Shown in pieces: positions 35,540 to 47,600 of a stretch of DNA of 64,000 nucleotides. The position numbers were made by a program, and so were the translations under genes. The stretch covers positions 2,046,001 through 2,110,000 of the forward strand of contig JAMWBK010000004.1 in NCBI GenBank assembly GCA_029953675.1. The letters are read 5' to 3'. Position 1 is the first letter of the stretch. Each line of letters begins with the position of its first letter. Under the pieces are notes generated by a model. That model did no database searches and was not told the DNA's origin. It saw only the letters and a program-made list of their open reading frames with translations. This stretch comes from Rhodosorus marinus CCMP1338 (lineage: Eukaryota; Plantae; Rhodophyta).

Positions 35540-36760
35540 GGTGGTGCGTTCGTTTACAACCGAGTGGAGGGTGATCTCAAATGTTGCTCGTTTCCTAGCT
35601 GAATGTGTAGAGAGTCGCCCGACAACAAAGAATTTAACTTTCCTCGAGTTTTCAGTTCCGCGGGCAAGGTCCCGCCAACGCTTAATTGGAATTACTGCAA
35701 AGACGTGGTCAGTGTGTTGTGACAAGGTCCTTACAGAAAACCTCTTTCAGTTTTTGACGGTTCGGTGTCCATGCAAGAATTGAATTATCGCACAATCCAA
35801 TCGTCTAATGTGCTAGCTACGACATGTTCCAAAGCATACAGCTTTCTCCGAGTCTTCAGTTTCGCGAGCAGGTCCCGCCGACACATCAGTGGATTTTCTG
35901 TAAAGACCCGCTCATTTTGTTGTGACAAAGTCTTTACAGAAAACCTATTTCAGTTTTTGACGGTTTCAGGGTCCATGGAAGAATTGAATTATCGCACGAT
36001 CCAGTTCTAAACACTGTCCAACAATCTCATACGCGTCGTTTCTAATGTGCTAGCTCGGCGCCATGTTCCTAAGTGTAAGGACATGCCCTGCCATGCATTA
36101 TACCGCCGCAGAAACGATGTTGCCATTAGAATTTCTATGATAGAATAAGCTTGTACGCTTATACCCCGCGTAACACGGAAGGCCGCCAGGACCAGTCCTT
36201 TCGTCCTAGAGCGTGACGCGTTTCCGTTCGTTTCGCAATAGTAGCCAGCGAACCCAGCGAGAGTCATCCTCCCGTGGTTGCACCTGTGGAATTTCACGGA
36301 GAGCGATTAGAGCCTCAGGGGTTCTTTTCTAGGCCAGGAATTCGTACTGACATAGTAGCGAGGCACCCGGCGAGCGGATACATGTACGTGCTGGACGTGA
36401 TGGCTACTTCACCGCTCCAACGGCATTAGTTGAGGTACAACAATTGGAAAAATGGATAAGCTGCAGAGGCAGTGGAACAAGGGAAAGCTGTCACTACGAG
36501 GAGGCGATTGCATCAGAATGACCCCCGACGTGATCTTAGTGCCATTTATTCCGGACGCCTGGGACAAGCTGGCTTGGGGTTCCTCCGAGCAGCTACCGCT
36601 ACCGCACACTAGCACGACCACGAGACACACCCCTATCCTCGGCAAGAGGCCAGTTCAACCGGATCTTGTGGCAACGAAATGCCCAGATATAGTCCAGCAC
36701 GAACAAAAAGGAGACAGAGCATATCCCCGCTATTTCCCTTAGCCAGTTTTTAGATGAGAC
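35540..36760 (+). mobile_element. Decayed non-LTR retrotransposon 3' region with restriction-like endonuclease (CRE/R2-type)
   Basis: Across frameshifts it reads RHVPKCK..ALYRRRNDVA (H..C and RH/N.V), LEPQG..PGIRTDIV..GYMYVLDVMATSP (PD..D catalytic core), AAEAVEQGK..HY and VILVPFI..GRLGQAGLGFL. This is the canonical RLE order. Confidence 0.65.
35575..36075 (+). repeat. Tandem duplication with 203-bp period (two copies plus a partial third), coding-derived
   Basis: The anchor gtcccgcc lies at 35669 and 35872. Both copies translate to CCDKVxTENLFQFLTV..MxELNYRTIQ with synonymous differences (aag/aaa, ctc/cta, aca/acg, caa/cag). Copy 1 has a 1-bp deletion. Confidence 0.9.
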
Positions 36761-37400
36761 GTCTGGACAGGGAATTTGGGTATATGGAGAGCCTAATAAT
36801 AGAGTCAGTGGTGCGATGCGATAGGTAGCTGCCGAATAAAGGCTACGGGGTTGTGCTCGCCCTCAAATAATGGGCGCGCAAGGAATCAACAAATTCATTC
36901 AGCCTCTCTCGTTGCAGTAAATCGGGAAATCTCCCCCTTTTTTTCAGAACTGAAACACTGTAACGTTCTGGCCATTAACAATTGTATAATCGAAAATATT
37001 CAGGCTATCCCTTATTGACTGAACCCTTTGGAGAACCTGTACAATATTTGCAATAAATGATATTCATTTAATCTTCAATGGTTTCCATTTTTGAGCATTT
37101 TTGGCAGTTTGAATGTTATGGGCGGGGCTTTTTGCGAGTTCTCGGTTTCATTAGACCAAGGAGACAGAGGTCCTTTGTCTGGAGAAGAGGGCCGCTTTGC
37201 CTTGTTCTAGAGATCACATGACTCAAGAGCCAAGAAAGATGTTTCTAACGAAAATCGGTCTCTACGAGATTTGCAGGGCTCCTGTGTGACTCTTACCATT
37301 TCGGCCTTGTTGGTTAGATTAAAACGAGTCATCCCGTATACAGAAAAAAAACACACTATTGCTGTGTAAATGGAAAGTGCCAAACATTGCGGAGGTTCCT

Positions 37401-37450
37401 TGGTGAGGATTCCATGGTGAGGATTCCGTGGTGAGGATTCCATGGTGAAG
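37401..37450. repeat. 14-bp minisatellite, about 3.5 copies (tggtgaggattcca)
   Basis: Units at 37401, 37415 and 37429, with a partial copy at 37443. Confidence 0.92.
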
Positions 37451-37971
37451 ATATTGTATAGGTCTCTAGGTGGCGTTGCATGACCTAACGAAGACCCCTG
37501 ACAAACCGAGGGCCAAGAAAAACTTGCGACTTCCCCAAGGGGTGCAAAGTTCTCTTGCGACTCTGTGAGGGACTTCGGAAGTTCCACTTGAGACGTAGTT
37601 TAGTGGAGCAAGAATCTGGCTTCAACTAGTGTTTCTAGTCTCCCAAACTAAGGTGGGCCTGGGGTATGGTCCAATTGCCCCATTGGAAGAGTCGAGTAGA
37701 TTTCAGTGGTTCTGATGGCAAGTTATATCGGCGATTCCAACCGCGCTCGGCCAGGTTCAGGTGACCCAATTCTTGCCCCAACGCTTTTTGTGGGGGTTTG
37801 GTTGCTTGCCGAAGGAAGGTGAGGAGCTCGTCTGGCGGGTCTTTGTGAAAAGCTGCTGCTTCTCAAGAAGCAAGTGCCATCTTTTAATGAATTTTCATCA
37901 TACGAATGAGCTTCGATATATTGTATATTAGTTGTATTAAGGCATATAATGCTAACTTTGTCATGAATATT

Positions 37972-38286
37972 CTAAATAAAATTACCCTGCGGGCTGTCCC
38001 ATTGCCTCAATCTCCATATTGCGCCTAAACACCAGGTGTGACTCAGTGGATTTTTTATCAGTATCGGATTGGGGCTGGCCCGTTCAATGGGGCATGCCCC
38101 ATATACCCCATCCCCTCGCGAACCCACCGTACCCAAACAACCTTTCAAGAGGTCACTTGCGAAACCTTGTTTTTCTCGTCTTTGAATCATCACATTATTT
38201 GCATAAACGTTGTACGAGAAGACTGCTTTTTTTGTAATATTGTAGATCCACATGCAGTGCTTGCCGGCTCCAAAGCGAGCGGTCAT
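37972..38286 (-). CDS. Possible GNAT acetyltransferase fragment
   Basis: VYANNVMIQRREKQGFASDLLKGCL resembles GNAT motif A (R/Q-x-x-G-x-A). Nothing else supports the call. Confidence 0.25.
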   Translation of the reverse strand: MTARFGAGKHCMWIYNITKKAVFSYNVYANNVMIQRREKQGFASDLLKGCLGTVGSRGDGVYGACPIERASPNPILIKNPLSHTWCLGAIWRLRQWDSPQGNFI

Positions 38287-38832
38287 TCCTCTAATAAATT
38301 GTAGACTAACTGTCGAAATTCAGGTACTTTGAAATCCTTGAGTTCGACGTCAGGAATTTCGGCGGTGATACTTTGCGACACTAACGTTCTGTTAGACCCA
38401 TGCTAAACGTACATGTGTTCGCTTCAATGCACGCACTGCACTACTTATGCAAGGAGCAAGCTCCAACTTCCATGGCATGGCCTTCAACGACGGAGGCTGC
38501 CATAAGCCAAGTCAGGCCTGGTACTGTGAACTGCCTTCGGTAGGAATTCCGAGTCACACGGCTTCTTCGAATATATTCTGCCTCTCAATCGATTTATTCC
38601 TGGCTCTAAATCTTGCTCGAATATAGTTCCGAGAAGAATACCATCTATGAGTAGATATGTCAGCTGAAGATTATTTCGAAGTACTCGACTTCGTGCTTCC
38701 ACGGTGCACGACTACTCCCTCTCGTGCATACTGAAGATAGTTATCACCCCCTCTTCCTGCAGCCGCGACATGTTTTCGGTCACCCTGGGAATGTCATGTC
38801 ACAGCTGCAGGAAGAGAGTCCAGGATCAAAGA

Positions 38833-40471
38833 CTACAGAAAGAAGTCCAGATTTTGTGGACTTCTTTGAACCTCGTTACCTTCTAGTGTTGCTACTGACT
38901 GCGCCTCCTGTGCAGCCTTAATAGTTAGGAAAATCATTCTGCGGTGATCCGGCTCGTTATGAAAGAAATTCTCCGGCGGCGCGCTGTTCTCCATGACGTA
39001 GTTCTTGAAGAAAAAGTTCACGTACTTCAGCATCAGCCGAATAAGCTCCTCGTCCCTCTAAAAATAACGAAATAATGAGTCTGATGAGAGGCGGCGTAAA
39101 CGATCCCAAAACCCTCCGGGCTCGATTTTCCCGCTAAGCACACCTGAATGCGATGCATTACAACGCCGTCGATTCCCATGGACGTCAGTATCGCACTCTT
39201 GCAGTCTGGGCCGACGCATAGCATGTGCCACATAAGCTGAGCTATGTACCATGTCCCAACCTCACGAAAAGGACCGTGTGATTTAACGATTATTTTGTTC
39301 TGTGATCTGATTAAAGAATTCCCATAAGCTCCGAGATCCCTAGGCAAGAGATTTTCCACACCTGTGGCGGTTTCAAACTCACCGATCGAAAAAGAAAGGG
39401 CAATGGTTCTTCGCCTCTAAGGCTTCAACTTTGCCATTCCCCCAATCCACCACGCCATCCGGAGAAGTGCCGATTTTGGGCAAGCAATTGGAACCCTCAA
39501 TTCCATACTCCTCGAAGACATTGTTGTGATGTACTTCCATACAATGAAGTCCGGTTTCCTTGACCTGTGCACCCATCTCGCTGAAGTAGTTGACAGCTGC
39601 AAGAATGGATACTGGCTCATGAATTTTTCCCCATTTCATCCGCAGAGCCGTAACCCGGTTATCTTGGGGCTCTGCTGGAGGGACAAAGTTCTCCGGATGA
39701 TATTCGTATGGGAAACCACCTGGCTCATTTGCTTGTCTTGTCTTCCACAGAGAGCTGTCTATGGCATCATCCTCGACCGCAATCCTCACGTCTTCGAGTA
39801 CAATTTCATTCTCTAAGGATTCACAAGAGAATTCAGTAAGTAGAAGAAACGGAGCGGCACCATATTGGGAGGGAGCAGGCAGAGGATCTGATCAAAAACA
39901 CACCTGAGAATTTTAGCAGATCCTCAAAGGCGCCCAAGGCCTTTTCGTGTCCTTTGAGCGTAAAAGGAATTTGCAAATCCTTCGCGGTTTCCTCCTCCAA
40001 AAAACCCAAGACAGATGGCACAAACCTGTGAGAAGACGACTGAGATCAGCATCTTGTCCAGAGGCTGTACAATACTGATGGTTACATTGTCTAGATTTCG
40101 GGGAGCACGAACACGGGGTCTCAGAACGACATTCAAAACGCTTACCTGGAGGTGAGTCTGTTCCGATGCGCCAGATCCCATTGCTTCGAATTCTGTCTCA
40201 AATTGGCGAGCTCATCTGGGTCTGAAGGCACACCTGTAGACTCTAACAACTCAGGCAGCTGCCGAAACTGTGGATGTTTTCGCAGATCCTCCATAGGTAT
40301 GCTCCTCCAATATACATTTGGCATCATCCTACAAACGCCTCTATCCCCATGCCTTCCTTCCCAAACCGCATTCGACACAGCAAAAGCCAGTGCTTGCGTT
40401 CCATTATCTCCCATGTCGATCTCCAGAGAACATCGCCCACCAACTGAGCCAGTCCGCTCTGCCTCAATCAT
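38833..40471 (-). CDS. YqaJ/lambda-exonuclease-family PD-(D/E)XK nuclease; at least five exons, further 5' exons to about 40800 possible
   Basis: Spliced: QNSKQWDLAHRNRLTS|RFVPSVLGF, ALRMKWGKIHEP, KETGL, IGTSPDGVV, LEAKNHCPF, WYIAQLMWHMLCVG and RDEELIRLMLKYVNFF..PP. All hallmark YqaJ motifs occur in order with GT-AG introns. Confidence 0.88.
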
Positions 40472-41138
40472 TCACCGAGCAACATCAATCTCCTCCTCAT
40501 CAATATACCTCGCCAGAGCTCCACGGTCCACAACAACAGGCGAAATCCACAGTATCCTAAGCCAAGTGAAGCGAAATCGAACTCCGTCTCGTTGAGTTGG
40601 CGGAAGTTATCAATCGTGTTTTGAAAGATCCTATTCACATCTCCGCTGCCAAGTCTTCTCTTTCTGTACTCAAGGAAACCAGTCTTCAAGTCCAAACACA
40701 ACAGGAATCCATACCAACGTTTTCACAAATCCACTACCCCCCGAGGGGGAGGGGGGAGGAAAGGAGGAGGGCTTACCCAGCTGCCCCACTTTCGCTTCAT
40801 GCATGTCGTTGACAAGTCCTTCCAGGACCCAGAATTATCCATAGCATTCCACAGAATCTGATATAGTCCATTGCTTTCTGATCAAGTAAACTGTACCGAG
40901 GTTAAACCACCAGCAGCCTAAGGGCATTCAGGACAACCTGTCCTCTAGAACTGTCTCAATCATTAAAGTTCATAATGATTGATGATTATGGTTAAGTGGT
41001 CATCGGCAGAGTAGTTGTCCATCCGCGTTTGATGGGGGACGCTTTTGGGAGAGATAGTTACATGTTGGTCCTTGACGTGAAACAGGTTTGTTCATGCTTG
41101 GGAAGACGTTTACAAGCATGTGGAAGGAGATGTGAAGA

Positions 41139-41200
41139 GGGAGGGGGGAGTGGGGAAGGGGTGGAGGGGGAAGGTTTTGGTTGGGGTGAGGCGGAAGGGG
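41139..41200 (+). promoter_or_regulatory. G-tract cluster (G-quadruplex-capable) in the divergent intergenic region between the YqaJ gene and SWR1
   Basis: More than four runs of G3 or longer with short loops (gggaggggggagtggggaagggggtggaggggg). A regulatory role is inference. Confidence 0.35.
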
Positions 41201-41682
41201 AGAAATGATTTGGGAAGTAAAGGAATGATTTAAGTGAAGAGGAACGTGTGGTAACGAACTGAGGATCTTTTGTTTCGTATTTGACGTAGTTGATGTTTTG
41301 ATTTTTGGGGGAGTATTTAGATCTTGTTTTGATGTTCGTGCTTGGGTTTCGGAGGGGAGGAACAAGAGCTTTGGGTTTGGGTGGTTTGGTTGACGGGATC
41401 GGGTTTTGTTTTTGGGGAGGTAGTTGAAGGCTTTTGTAGTTCGCGTCACTGGTAGGGGAATGCTCTAGTTGTTTGGGTTTTGATCAGTGGGTTGGGTTTC
41501 CTGTTCGGTCAGCTGTCGTGTTTTTGGTACTTCTGTTTCTGTAGCAGAAGGTTCTGAAAAAGGATGCGAATCGTATCTTGAGGGTGGACTCGGAACAAGA
41601 GGGGCTCCATCACTCTCTCTGAAAGAGTTTGGGTGATGATCCCCTGTCGCCAACGGTGAAGCGCTTGTAGGTTAGAGACATG

Positions 41683-44600
41683 AGTCCCAGTCGGGGAGCA
41701 TCGACCGGTAAGAAGCCCTTTATGCAAGAGGAAACCGCTGTCAGACTTCTGGCTGCCAGATTAGTGGTACTGCAGCAAGCGACACTTGCCTGTGATGCTG
41801 TTTTATTTCCTTTTCCTTGCATCAGAATAAGAGAAGAACTTCTTGTTTAATTTTTATCCTCTTTCTCTTGGTGAGGGATGGCTGTCTAACCCCTCTTTAC
41901 CCTTCGCATTTACAGATTCTGGTCGGTCGAAGCGAGTTCGCAGGGAGAGAAATGTTTACTCACCGTCTAGGAACGAGGCGAAGCATCGACGAGGCCTGGA
42001 AAGGCTCAAAAACGCGGAACCCGTGCATCCTCCCAAAAAGCGAGGTCGACATTTTGAAGAGAAGCACAAGTTGGAGCCCATGACTCCTCCAAAGACCTCC
42101 GCAAATCTCCCCTTGGACCCTGACGCGCAGTTCAAGGAAATCTGCGAGAGACTTAGGAAGAGGACAGTGAGAGCAATCGACCTCACTGAGGCAAGAATTG
42201 TTGAAATCGACCGCGGGCTACCACGTCTGCAGGTCAACTTTTTTCAAGTAGGCTCATCCTCAAACTTGCTGAAAACAGCCGGTGCAGAGAAAGGACGTTG
42301 AGGCTGACGAAGTTGTGCGTATCTCATTCTTTAGCATGGGGAATTCGGCGAGGGAGAACTTGCTGAGGAGCACTCTCACGAGACGGAGGTTCTCAAAAGG
42401 GCCGCCAAAATCGAAGGCGAGAGGTCTACCACTAGTCGAGCTATGCCAAAGCGTCCCGAGCCACCCCATGGCAAGTCACACTGGGACTATGTTGTAGAGG
42501 AAATGGTAAACATATCGGCAGAAATAAGGGAGCACTCGCGGTGGAAGTCGCAGTCATGCAAGAGAATTGCGCGAGCGGTGCAAAGGTATGAATCATTCCA
42601 GATCCTCGCGAGTGGTTCGAGTGGCACTGTTGGATCGGATAGCTAAGGTGGGGTACTTGGGAACCTTTGTTCTGTGAAGCCTCTGACAAGCTTCTGTATT
42701 TTTATTAGGTATTTTGCTGATTCAAATTGGAGGCAAGAGAAACAGAGACGAGAGCTTGAGCTTCAGCTTCGACGGCAAGCTTCAGTAGCCTCCCGGGATG
42801 TGAGGCATTTTTGGAAACAGATAGAACAAGTGAGTTCATGTCACCTGAGCAGTTCTCAGCCTTTGTAGAAACACGAGCATTGATACAGCAGCATTCTGGA
42901 GATGTTCGCCTGAAAGAGTTCCGTCCTTCTTAACCCTTCTTTTAGATTGCAAAATACGTATACAATCAGGAACAAGAGGTTGAGAAGAAAGCTGTTCGAG
43001 AAAAGCAGCTTCACGAGCTACTCGGTCAGACGGAGAAGTATTCTTCCATGATAGCGGGAGATTTTCAGGAGATGAAAAAAGAAGGTAACCCCCTACGTGG
43101 CAAAGAGAAAAGACGCATAGATGAGCTTACCCTTTGGGTAGCCTCTTTCAGGTCAACCTCTCAATCTTTCGCATGCATCTGATATCTTGGCAGAGTTGTT
43201 AGCTCTGAATGAAACAGAACTGCAGGCGGAAAATGCCAGGGAAGAAAGCAGTGATTCGGATGGAGGTGGACGCAGGCCAGAATTCAGGTCCTCTTCTAGG
43301 AGAGTCACACTTGGATCCATATCCGATACTTCCTTTGCTGATACAGAAAGGTGGGGTGAAGCAACCAACTCGTTCAGTTTATTTCGACGGGGGAAGGGCT
43401 TATCAAACGCTTTGTTCTGTTGCAAAAGCCTTCGTAACTCTTTGTCAGCGACTGATGAGCCAGATGATGAGGAGTTTGTAAACGTCGACGAAGCGGTGGA
43501 TGATGAGGAGACGATGGCTGCTGAGGAAGCAAAGGCTCAAGAGCGCGGTGAAGGTGATAACGCTGAAGAGCTCACAACGTTGGCTGGCGAAGCAGATGTG
43601 GACATCATTGAATTGCTAAAGTCACAAGGAATAGATCCTGAGTCCTACTTGCGGGATCACGGAAACTACATGGAGGAGGAAGTTACTGTCGACGGAGAAT
43701 CCTCGACTGCACAACGCAGAGCTTCGTCACCAGATGGATTCGGGAGAGACGCTGTGAAAAGTGGCAGTGCATCACCAATGGCTGAAACCAGGAAACCTGA
43801 TACTGCGATCGCAGAGTCCAAAGGCCTTGCGGTATCTGACGACTTGGTCGCGTCTGGTGAGCAAGATGCTGCGAAGGATGAAGCTGGAGCACAATTACCT
43901 TTGATGCAAATGGTTCAAAAAGCTTCCCCGGGCGGTTCGGTGGACAAGCGCAACATAGACGAAGCTCCCAGAAAGTCAATGGAAAGTGGTCATCGGTCGA
44001 AGCGTGATATGGCGGTTATCACTAGCGCAACAAAAGACTCCGCGACAGGCCCGACCCTGGTAAAGAATACTACTGTTCATGAGGACCGAGCGGAGGTTCA
44101 AAACAGGATTGAAAAAGAGTCCAGAAAGGAGGAGACTCAGACGGACGTTTCGACGGATCTGGGGCCCCAACACAAAGAAGTTTCCATGGAAGTTTCAAAG
44201 GATGCTAAGCCAACTCCGACTGTTGCAAAGGACAAATCGGAGTCGAAGATCGGCGTGCATGGGGAGCGCAAGGAAGATACGGCCATGATAGAGGATATTA
44301 CTGATGCTAAGGAAACCCTAGCTGAAGAAGATTGTCAAGAAACTGTTGTTTCTTCTGTACCAAAGATCACTGTCAAGGAGCAGAAATCACTTCCGAAGGA
44401 GCTGAATATGCGATTGAATGGTATGCAACAGTATTGCAGCCATGCAACCACATCGCGTGGTTGGGCCACCTTGGGCTTACGGCCCCCTAGAAGGTTCTTC
44501 TGCGAGTACGTACTAACTCATCTCTCGTACGGGAAACCGGCATCTGTTAACTCGCAGAAGATAGTGAAGATGAATCAACCGAACAAGAGAACGAAACTGC

Positions 44601-47600
44601 TCCTCCTGAGCTACCAAGTGCGAGAGATGTCGAAACACTTGTAAGCGCTCCCTTGAAGCAGGAGTGCATGAAGGAGTTTGCGAATCTGAACGAGCAAGAG
44701 AAGGAACGACTGACGGCTGTGATGGCGGAACAGGGAGTCGAGCCAGCTACTTACTTTGACGACAGCGACGAAAGCGGGAGTTCTACTGAGGCTGTCAATA
44801 TTCTGAACGCGACTCCTGTTGCAATAACCAGCGGTGACCATGAGTACGATGAAGCTCAGGCTATGAAGGATGACATTGGCGACGACGAGGCAACTATGGA
44901 AACCGCGGAAAAGGAAATAACTGCAGCGGACGTGGCCATGGAAACGTCAGCATTGCAAGACGAGATGGACATTCCCTTAGAGGAGATTCTTCGACGCAGC
45001 GGGGTTGACCCCGCACTGTACAACCTAGCAGCGATGGATAACCCTGAGCCAGAGGAAGAGATAATCACGGTCGAGGTTTGCCTCGCGAGCTCTGTCTGAT
45101 TTTTTTTTTCTGCCCGCACGTATTCTGACAGATACCTCGTGCTTGTTCTCTTCTTCCGAACAATTTTGCAGGAGTCGGGGGGACGAGGCCGGCGACGGCG
45201 TAGAAGGAGGCCACGGACCACAGAGAGTGATGCGGGGGTAGAGGGTAGCGCTGTGCCAATGGCAACAGAAGTGGAGCTGGAGAGGCGCGTTGGGGGTAGC
45301 GCTGTGCCAATGGCAACAGAAGTGGAGCTGGGGAGGCGCGTTGAGGGAAGCAGTAAGGCAATCCAACTTAAGGATGGTGCAGGTGGAGAAGACAAGCCTA
45401 AATCTTTTGTTGAGGCCGATCCAAGTTCAAAGATCGAGGGCAATGCAACAACCGCGGAATCCGATCAGGAAGACCCTGCTCTGCCTGAGAAAGCATTGTC
45501 GAATCCGGAAGCACCTCAAGTAGGACAGAATAGCAAATCGGAAAAGGTTGGACTACAACCAAACCCAGGGGAAGCAGGTCGTTTGGTGTCGGATAAGGGG
45601 AGGGACGTCATCGAGAAAGGACCTTCCGAAACCCTTAGTATCGTGAGCACTGCTGAGAAGCATGAACTCCGCGAGCTCGTGAAAGTGGTGAAGACGGAGA
45701 ATGCGCATGATGATCAAACCGCTAGTGAAAGCGGCGCTGTCCATGCTTCGGATTGCAACGCTAAATCAGAGCAGGTCGTTGACGTTAGGCCGATTCCAGC
45801 TCCGAAAGAGGAGGAAGTAAGTGTTCCTCAGGAGAACGCGGAGACAACCAAACTTCCCCATGCCGCGAGCGTGCCCGCAGGAGAATCCAAGGAAGCGGTG
45901 AGTACTTCCCTAGGTTTCTTCGAGATATGCATTTTTCTGCCTATAATGTAGTACACGAGCTAATTTGAACGAGGGTTGACTTCACTTAAACTTCGTAGAC
46001 CGCGAACAATGAGGGAGACAACCAGATAGAGAAATTCGTTGCAGGGTTAGACGTTGCACCTTCCTCACCCGCAGCGTTTGTACCACCGAGCCTACTTCAT
46101 GGCGAACTTCGAGATTATCAGTCTGATGGTGTTAGATGGCTCGTGACCTTGTATGAGAAACTGTTGAACGGCATCCTTGCTGATGAAATGGGACTGGGTA
46201 AAACCATAATGACGATTGCTCTGTTGGCGTGGTAAGGTCCCATAGCGTTGTTTATTCATCTGGTTTCGTAAGTGCGACGAAACTTATTCGAGAGTTTTCT
46301 TGCACTTGTTGAAGGCTGGCTGAGCGACGTGGTATATGGGGACCACACCTCATCATTGTGCCAACCTCGGTTATGGTAAATTGGGAGGTTGAGTTTAAGA
46401 AGTGGTGCCCGGGACTCAAGATACTAACCTACTTCGGCTCGCTAAAGGAGCGAAGACGAAAGCGGCAGGTAGGATAGTCATCCAAGCAAATCCCCGTACC
46501 AGACAGGAACAATCTGTAGTCTGAACGCTTCACCTGCTTTCTGCCTATTGGGTTGCCTTGAATCTTAGGGCTGGTCGAAGAAAAATTCATTTCACGTGTG
46601 CATTACTTCGTACAAACTTGTCGTTCAAGACGCGCAGTCATTCAAGAGAAAGAGGTGGCAGTACATGATCCTCGACGAGGCTCAACATATCAAGAACTTC
46701 CAATCCCAGCGATGGCAAACCCTTCTTCACTTTTCAACCGCAAGGTACGCTCCCCAGGAAAGGATGATATTGCAACGACATTAGCAAGTCGAGATTCACC
46801 ATAGTGATTCTGTTCATATCACCAGGCGCCTCCTGCTTTCCGGAACTCCTTTGCAAAACTCTGTTATGGAGCTCTGGAGTTTAATGCACTTTCTCATGCC
46901 GCATGTATTCTCCAGTCATTCCGAGTTCCGCGATTGGTTCTTGAACCCAATCAACAACGCTATTGAACAAGAGAGCGCGAAACAGAACTTGTTGGTATGT
47001 TTCAGGGAATGCTAAAGCGGGCCTTCCATTCACCACTTACCATTCTGGGGAGCTCTAATTTTCAGCCATCATAATTGGATGATGTTACCTATCCATAGAT
47101 TGAGTACAATTTCTTCGTTTACTGAATCTGGTCTTTTCGCTTCCAAACACAATAGGTTGTCAAAAGACTTCATGCAGTGCTCAGACCCTTCATGTTGAGA
47201 AGGCTGAAACGAGAAGTGGAGAAAAACCTTCCTCCTAAGGTGGAACACATCATATATTGTTCGCTCAGCAAACGGCAGCGATTGCTGTACGAGGATTTCA
47301 TGGCCCGAGGGGATACACAGGTAACAACGCTCACCGCCAATTCATGAAGGAGCAAATTCGATTTGTACTTATATAGTGCTTAATGGCGGACACTGAGCGT
47401 CCTGCGCCCTACTTTTTGCTCCAGGAAACCTTGAACAGCGGCAACTTTCTTGGGGTGATGAACGTCCTCATGCAGTTGCGAAAGGTTTGCAACCATCCGG
47501 ATCTATTCGAGGGTCGTCCAATCGTCTCACCATTACATCTGGAGCCGCTGGAGTATACGATCCCTGCGATGATTGGGAACGTGTTGGATGAAGGCCCATT

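Noticed and set aside
41000-41449. 149-aa Pro/Thr/Lys-rich ORF
   Set aside because: It reflects the C/A-rich complement of the G/T-rich SWR1 upstream region.
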